In this document: positions 55,799-64,000 of the stretch, in pieces
How positions within the stretch are numbered: the stretch's first letter is position 1
Layout: each line of letters starts with the position of its first letter
Source: Eledone cirrhosa
Taxonomy: Eukaryota
NCBI GenBank assembly: GCA_964016885.1
Contig: OZ024750.1
Coordinates: 28,272,001-28,336,000, forward strand
Direction of reading: 5' to 3'
DNA: 64,000 nucleotides
Notes under the pieces: model-generated
Told to the model about the DNA's origin: nothing
Seen by the model: only the letters and a program-made list of their open reading frames with translations
Database searches by the model: none
Program-made: the position numbers and the translations under genes

Positions 55799-56024
55799 TT
55801 ATACTTTATATACACATAATGTATATAAAGTATATAAAGTATTACCAGTTTCGATGTATTATTAAAATTCATCTTATCATATGTTTAGTATTACAATTAA
55901 AAAGAATTAATAAGAATTAAAAGCAAAAAAATTAAAGATTTAAAATTAAGTGTTGGAGTAAGTTTTTTCCCATCTTCCTTCCTCAGAAGTGGGCTGTTTT
56001 GTATAGAACCTTACTTCCCTTTTC

Positions 56025-56088
<64 letters not shown>

Positions 56089-56239
56089 ATACTTTGGGAG
56101 GGTCATGTTGCCAGTAAGAAACACACGCACCAGTTGCTTTCACTTCAATTTAATTTATTATATATTTATAAATTTACAAATTTATAAATTTCTGGTTAGT
56201 TGGTTGGTTCCACAACCAGATAGTTGTTTATATATATAT

Positions 56240-56284
56240 AGTCATAGTTCTTTCGTCACACACTCTGTGACCTCTTCAGTGACT
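56240..56284 (-). ncRNA. Minimal type I hammerhead (family B)
   Basis: Reverse complement of 56394-56438. Confidence 0.78.
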
Positions 56285-56393
56285 GGGGATTTCTTTCTTC
56301 GTTTCTGTGCCTTTCCTTTCTTCTATCCTACGCGATTTTGTTTGGCGTAGGATAGAAGAAAGGAAAGGCACAGAAACGAAGAAAGAAATCCCC

Positions 56394-56438
56394 AGTCACT
56401 GAAGAGGTCACAGAGTGTGTGACGAAAGAACTATGACT
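56394..56438 (+). ncRNA. Minimal type I hammerhead (family B)
   Basis: AGTCA CTGAAGA G GTCAC agagtgt GTGAC GAAA gaac TA TGACT. Confidence 0.78.
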
Positions 56439-56830
56439 ATATATATATAAACAACTATCTGGTTGTGGAACCAACCAACTAACCAGAAATTTATAAATTT
56501 GTAAATTTATAAATATATAATAAATTAAATTGAAGTGAAAGCAACTGGTGCGTGTGTTTCTTACTGGCAACATGACCCTCCCAAAGTATAACAATATCGG
56601 TTTCAACACACGATTTCAGATAAAGAATCTTGCTAAACAAATTCAGAAACGAAATATATATATATATATAAAATATTAAACAAATAATGAATAAAACAAT
56701 GAAACAGTTCCTTATATTAAACAAAAAAAGTTCATTATTTAACGATCGTTTCTAGGATATATATGTGTTAGAATTGGCATGCATATTCAACAGATCTATG
56801 TACAAAATTATATATATATATATATATGCA

Positions 56831-56887
<57 letters not shown>

Positions 56888-56952
56888 CGGTGACAGTACC
56901 TTCGAAGTTTAGTTGAATGACAATCTGAAGTGTGTGTGTAGTTCTCTCGCTC

Positions 56953-56954
<2 letters not shown>

Positions 56955-57009
<55 letters not shown>

Positions 57010-57088
57010 CATGTGTATATATATATATGCACATACATATATATATTCACACACACATATATATATACATACATATATATATATATAT

Positions 57089-57127
<39 letters not shown>

Positions 57128-57162
57128 TATATACATATACATACATATATATATATACATAC

Positions 57163-57229
<67 letters not shown>

Positions 57230-57412
57230 CATATATACATACATATATATATACATACATATATATATACATATATATATACATACATATATATATACAT
57301 ACATATATATATACATACATATATATATATATATATACATACATATATATATACATACATATATATATATATACATATACATATATATATATATACATAC
57401 ATATACACACAC

Positions 57413-57487
<75 letters not shown>

Positions 57488-57500
57488 TATACACACACAG

Positions 57501-57531
<31 letters not shown>

Positions 57532-57622
57532 CACACACATATATATACATATATATATATATATACACATATATATATATATATATACATATATACACAT
57601 ATATATATATATATACATATAT

Positions 57623-57699
<77 letters not shown>

Positions 57700-57702
57700 T
57701 AC

Positions 57703-57733
<31 letters not shown>

Positions 57734-57790
57734 CATATATACATATATATATATACATATACATATATATATATATACATATATATATAC

Positions 57791-57857
<67 letters not shown>

Positions 57858-57964
57858 CATATATACATATATATATACATATATATATACATATATACAT
57901 ATATATATACATATATACATATATTTATATATATATATACATATATATATACATATATATATAC

Positions 57965-58019
<55 letters not shown>

Positions 58020-58094
58020 TACATATACATATATATATACATATATACATATACATATATATATACACATATACATACATATATATATATATAC

Positions 58095-58162
<68 letters not shown>

Positions 58163-58250
58163 GTATACATATATATATATACATATATATATATATACAC
58201 ACACATATACATATATATATATATATATATACATATATAGAGAGAGATAC

Positions 58251-58288
<38 letters not shown>
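56955..58288. repeat. Long (TA/CA)n compound microsatellite (largest of dozens in the window)
   Basis: Direct reading; similar tracts at 1850-2490, 3470-3900, 50378-50900, 53712-54335 and 62887-63155. Confidence 0.95.
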
Positions 58289-59054
58289 TATAATCTTTGT
58301 TTTTTATATAGAAACGCCCAAACAAAATTATGTAACATAAATTGCATAAGGTTATTATATTTGTTTGCTTAAATCATTCTTACGATTGTACGATTCAGGT
58401 GAATTACTACTACTTTCAGGTCACAAAATCGTCCCTCTCCCCACCTCACCCCCCGCTTACTAATTAAAAAAATGTGTCCAACCTCCGCTGGTATTCCATC
58501 ACTTCCCCACTTATTAAACTTTGCTAATCCATCTCTCTTGAAATTTTATTTTAAGTGGTAGCATTCCTGTGACAATTAATTCTCTTTATACATTAAAAAA
58601 AATTATAAATGACAAAAAAAAGGACATTACTAGAAATCCCATACGTTATAAAATAAATAGGATGGGTTGGAGTTTTAATATGTAAACTAAATGTCTAATT
58701 CTGGTTTTAAAAAATCGACGGAGACAACCTAGAAAAATGACCGATGTTCTAACAAATTATTTGGGGCACGAGAGTAAATTATAATTTCTTCTCATATATA
58801 GACTTTAAAATGTTAGAATAAAATTATTTTCTAAAAACTATAAAAATATACTGTTAAATTCTGTTTTTAGTTGTTGTTTTTTATAAACTTTATAATTTAA
58901 AATTAACAAAACATTTTCATAACATGAAGTTAAACATATTTACACCCTCTTTTTAACTATGTCAGATCAGATAAACTGTGTCCAAGATTTTCATTTGTTC
59001 CTTAAATGGATGATTAAATAGGTATAGATAAAGATGTAACAGGAGCCATTAGGG

Positions 59055-59245
59055 CAAGCATGTCAAACAAGCGGCCCTTTACCAGCCCGCCTGCGGCTCG
59101 CATATAGGTTTTTACAGCGCGAGCAAGTTTTATCTTAGTAATATAAAATTTAAAATAAATAGTTATAATGTGCGCAATTAGTTGTCTGTGGCCCTCAGAC
59201 AACACTTATGCCGGCCCTCGAGGGACCGTTAGTTTGACATGCCAG
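59055..59245. mobile_element. hAT (Charlie-like) MITE
   Basis: TIR core GCATGTCAAAC / GTTTGACATGC; 8-bp flanks CATTAGGG and CTTTAGGG match at 7/8. Confidence 0.75.
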
Positions 59246-59329
59246 CTTTAGGGTGTCGGATTAAATATCGCGTTGTTTATTCCAGTTTTCTACATTTTTA
59301 TGGTACTTTAATAAAATAGGTCTTTGCAG

Positions 59330-59761
59330 TAACGTTACTCGATAAAGAGCGTAGCTCTGAGATCAGAATCACTCCAGGTAGAGCCACTACTTCTCCGAAT
59401 TGAGAGATCACAGCTCTGGTTCGATAGGCATATGGTTAGAATGTTCCAGGAAAGAATCGCAGGACACATTTTACGGGGGAAACTAACCGGTAGGAAACCG
59501 AGAAAGATGTTTGGATAACATCCAGGAGCTAGGTTGATCACTCTTGGGGATCTAGCCAGATTAGTTGAAGATGGTTGCTTCTGAAAGGATCCGCTGGAAG
59601 GAGTGTTTGAGGACTCTGCTCCCCCGCACCCTCTGAGAAAGAAGAAGAAGAAGAAGAAGAAGAAGAAGAAGAAGAAGAAGAAGAAGAAGAAGAAGAAGAA
59701 GAAGAAGAAGAAGAAGAAGAAGAAGAAGAAGAAGAAGAAGAAGAAGAAGAAGAAGAAGAAG
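59330..59761 (+). pseudogene. RTE LINE 3' end with (GAA)n tail (same family as 14205)
   Basis: LLRIERSQL..HMVRMFQERI..TGR; shares CCGCTGGAAGGAGTGTTT with about 14335. Confidence 0.75.
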
Positions 59762-60950
59762 ACTTTTTCTGTGACTTTTCCCTGGATTCTGTTTTAGACA
59801 GTGAGGTGTTATATGAGGATGATTTCTCTGCTATTTCTAGCAAATAGAGTGACCCCGTAGAGGTCCCCTCGTTAACTCGTCCAATTCGGTGTAATTTAAG
59901 GCTGTAGTTTATTTCTAATCTGAACATTTGACAAATTAACGATTATAGAATTAAGGCTTAATTTCCACGTTAGTAGAAATGGATATAACAACAGGGATGC
60001 TTTTTTGTTTTTGTTTTGGGGGTTATTAGTTTCAACCTTGACCTAAAATACGATGAGCTGAGGGAATAGCAAGGTCCCTAGAGTTTTTCATATTTTTTTT
60101 ATTCTATTTTATTTTTCTTAACCAGCGCATTTCACCTCCAGCCTCATCTCCCAAACATTATATTTTGCATGGTTACGTTTTGTGACGGTACTCATTAGGG
60201 TTTGCTCATTCACCCATTTAACACCGGTGCTGCTGATAGCTAAGAACCTAAGAACAGCAGAGAGAGAGAGGGGTAGAGAGGGGAGCAGGGGAGAGAGTGG
60301 AGAGAGGGGCGTAGAGAGGAGAGGGAGAGGGGAGAGAGGGCGTAGAGAGGAGAGAGAGAGAGGGGAGCGGGGAGAGGGAGGGGTAGAAAGAGAGGGGGAA
60401 GAGAAGGAGGGGAAGATAGAGAAAGGGAGCGGAGAGAGAGAGAGGGGGAGAGGAGAGAGAGAGAGGGTAGAGAGGAGAGAGGGGGGAGAGAAGCAGAGAG
60501 AGAGAGAGATAGGAAGTTGTGTGAGAGAGAGAGAGAGATAGGAAGTTGTGTGAGAGAGAGAGAGAGATTGAAGGAGAGAGAGAGGGGGTTGAGAAAGAGG
60601 GGGTTGCGAGAGAAAGAGAGAGAGGGGGGACGGAGGTTGAGAGAGAAAGAGAGAGAGGGGGGACGGAGGTTGAGAGAGAAAGAGAGAGAAATAAAGAAAG
60701 AGTGAGAGTGTGAGAGAGAGAAAGAAATGTAGAAACGGGGAAGAGAGAAAACCATTTTTGTTATTATTACCATCAGGACTGTTCCACCATTTCGCCGCCA
60801 TGACACTTTACCTCTATTTCTTACATTCACTATAAGTGTCGCTTTACCACTGGTCATCCTCTATTCATACGTACACAATAACAATATCATAACAATATAA
60901 ACACACCACCACCATTATTATCCATACATACACACAAACATACGTGTGTA

Positions 60951-60995
<45 letters not shown>

Positions 60996-61066
60996 AAGGT
61001 TTAGCAAATAAGAAAAAGTTTCAAAATAAATTTTAAAAAATTAACTTTACTTACTATGGTTACCTT

Positions 61067-61140
61067 TACCGAATCGGTTTCGAGTCTCAAAAATAAACAG
61101 AGTCCATACGGCACCCGTTGCAAAGATAAACTCTCGTCAG
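61067..61140 (-). ncRNA. Hammerhead-like motif with a large stem II insert
   Basis: CTGACGA GAGTTT..AGACTC GAAA CCGATTCGG TA; stem I is weak. The adjacent segment 61129-61198 is a palindrome. Confidence 0.5.
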
Positions 61141-61197
61141 GAACATATACTCTATTATATATATATATATAATAGAGTATATGTTCCTGACGAGAGT

Positions 61198-61375
61198 TGG
61201 ATTGGCAGTATCGGTAGAGGGTCGGACGCCATGCTTTCCAGCATAGTTACGTCCCTTTACGATCTGAGTTCAAATCCCGCCGAGGTTGACTTTGCCTTTC
61301 ATCCTTACGGGGTCGATAAAATAAAGTACCAGTAATGTACTGGGTAATTTCTGGCCTTGTGCCAATAGTAGAAAC

Positions 61376-61381
<6 letters not shown>
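61198..61381 (+). mobile_element. SINE1
   Basis: Full match. Confidence 0.85.
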
Positions 61382-61413
<32 letters not shown>

Positions 61414-61619
61414 AGAGAGAGAGAGAGAGAGAGGGAGAGAGTCTGCAGTGCTGAGACTGTGGAGACCACTAATTATGCAAAGAGAGTATAGAGATATGTA
61501 AAATCCCGACCGTGGCACCAAGCGCTTTTGTGACTTTACCTCCCTCCCTCTCTTTCTCTCTCGTTATATATATATATATATAATATAAGATCAAAAGATG
61601 GTTAAAGGAGTTCCATGTA

Positions 61620-61686
61620 TTTTATTATGCGCATTTCAAAAACAAACATCATCATGCAATAATATTTGTGTTTTCATCAGATAAAA
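61620..61686 (-). ncRNA. Type I hammerhead ribozyme (family C)
   Basis: Reverse complement of 62338-62404. Confidence 0.85.
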
Positions 61687-62337
61687 CAGGAGAACATGAT
61701 ATGAAGGCTAAAAAAACACTTGTGGATAGTGCAGTTTTAAATCTACATATGAAAAGTGGTTTTAGATTGATGTGTGATATTGGGAAAAATATTTTATTTA
61801 GAGAGGGGGGGATGAAAAAGGAGGAGGAGATGAGAGGGAGAGATGGGTGATAGAGAGAAAGAGATAGCTTTTATAACTGAGAGGAGATATACTGTCCCAC
61901 ACAGAGAGGTTGAAAACCGTTGGAAGATAATGTATAAACCCCAAAAAAAATTTTTGAAAATCAACGAAAGGAGGATATGTGCGAGGAAAAAGTATTTTAT
62001 TTAAGGAGGTCCTTAAATAAAATACTTTTTCCTCGCACATATCCTCCTTTCGTTGATTTTCAAAAATTTTTTTTTTTGGGGGGGTTTAACATTATCTTCC
62101 AACGGTTTTCAACCTCTCTGTGTGGGACAGTATATCTCCTCTCAGTTATAAAAGCTATCTCTTTCTCTCTATCACCCATCTCTCCCTCTCATCTCCTCCC
62201 CCTTTTTCACCCACCCCCCTCTCTAAATAAAATATTTTTCCCAATATCACACATCAATCTAAAACCACTTTTCATATGTAGATTTAAAACTGCACTATCC
62301 ACAAGTGTTTTTTTAGCCTTCATATCATGTTCTCCTG

Positions 62338-62404
62338 TTTTATCTGATGAAAACACAAATATTATTGCATGATGATGTTTGTTTTTGAAATGCGCATAAT
62401 AAAA
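62338..62404 (+). ncRNA. Type I hammerhead ribozyme (family C)
   Basis: TTTTAT CTGATGA AAACACAAATATTATT gcat GATGATGTTTGTTTTT GAAA TGCGCA TA ATAAAA; predicted cleavage after 62398. Confidence 0.85.
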
Positions 62405-62526
62405 TACATGGAACTCCTTTAACCATCTTTTGATCTTATATTATGCATACTCCAGTCCTACAAACTGTAGAGTGCTTCTTATCCGATATCTGCATTGCTT
62501 TATTGTACTACAATAAAACTCACCTC

Positions 62527-62562
<36 letters not shown>

Positions 62563-62884
62563 TATTTAGAAGTGAAGCATATCAATTTGTCTCTGGATGT
62601 TTACTGAGGAGAGCAGGACATGATATTCCTACACTTATTTAACTCGAAACATATTTGGATCTTAAAGTTTAAACTTATCTACGGAACAGGTTTGATTTTG
62701 AAATTTAAATGTGTCTAAACATCACGGCCTCTTGGCAATACAGTTCGTCTTCGTTGATTTATTATTTTAAATCGATATGGACAAACTGTAGTATAATAAT
62801 TAGTATACTTCAATCTGGGTAAATTTTTCTTTTGCAATATATATACAGATGTGTTGGTATCTGTGTTTCATCACATACATATTA

Positions 62885-63346
<462 letters not shown>

Positions 63347-64000
63347 ATATATATATATATATAATTGAAAGAAAATGTTAAAAAGGCAGGAATCGCCGTT
63401 GGGCTTCTGTCATTTAATAAACACACCCATACTTTCAATAAACACATACCACCACCGCCACCGCCATTACTAAACTCCATCACAACCCTTACTATAGTAT
63501 TGATGGCTGAACAGCAAGTGAAATTAATCTCAAACCTCTGCTCTTTAACCCCGTTTAATTAACCATTAACGGAACATATGGCCAGAAATATAGAAGCTAC
63601 AGCTGCTTCTCTGTTAATAGGAACTTCTCCTGTCTAGTTGCTTCACTCAACACCTTACTAGTTGCCTCTTTCTTCCTAGTTGCCTCGACTCGCTAGTTGC
63701 CTCTCCTTTCTAGTTGCTTCTACCCCCCGTAGTTGCCTCTCTGTACTTGTATCATCACCCCCCAGGTTGCTTCTCTCTCATCTCCCTTCCAAGTTGCATC
63801 TCCTTTCTAGTTGCTTCTCTTTCCCCTAGTTTCCTCTCTCATTACCTCCCTAGTTGCCCCCCACCCCCGACCCCCAGTGGCTTCTCTCATTGCCTCCCTA
63901 GTTGCCCCCCACCCCCCACCCCAGTGGCTTCTCTCATTGCCTCCCTAGTTGCCTCATTACCTCCTAGTTGCCTCACTCCTCTTGGATATTTTTATATCAT

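Larger units (their letters stand above)
56083..56655. mobile_element. PLE-like family B long foldback (about 250-bp arms plus about 60-bp tail)
   Basis: 56083-56333 is the reverse complement of about 56345-56595; both ends lie in (TA)n. Confidence 0.85.
61581..62530. mobile_element. PLE-like family C long foldback (about 425-bp arms plus about 88-bp tail)
   Basis: 61581-62005 is the reverse complement of about 62010-62443, with a few differences; both ends lie in (TA)n. Confidence 0.9.

Noticed and set aside
56083-56595. Foldbacks as sequencing or assembly chimeras
   Set aside because: The same family-specific ends recur at independent loci with different apexes, and most arm pairs differ by mutations. 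This copy has apparently identical arms and still merits a read check.
56752-58325. Long YI/IY-rich ORFs (up to 505 aa) and dozens like them
   Set aside because: Translations of (TA/CA)n microsatellites, which lack stop codons in several frames.

Overview
AT-rich, microsatellite-saturated eukaryotic DNA. The SINE types and repeat landscape suggest a coleoid cephalopod (Octopus-like); this is inferred, not verified. No confident host gene is present, and almost all listed ORFs are microsatellite translations. The window holds tRNA-derived SINEs, RTE and L1/Tx1 LINE fragments, piggyBac/hAT/Tc1-mariner MITEs, several minisatellites (one grown inside a MITE) and a 200-N gap. The main signal is about ten distinct families of short head-to-head foldback elements inserted into (TA)n arrays. 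Many carry type I hammerhead ribozyme (HHR) motifs (CUGANGA..GAAA..UH, often with palindromic stem III loops). Families seen in several copies reuse the same short-arm and long-arm 3' ends, and several fold back inside HHR stem II. One family-A copy continues into a decayed Penelope-like (PLE) endonuclease C-terminus, which ties the system to PLE retrotransposons. A tRNA/CORE SINE with a swapped, structured tail may use the same machinery. All assignments were made by eye; no folding, alignment or database search was run.
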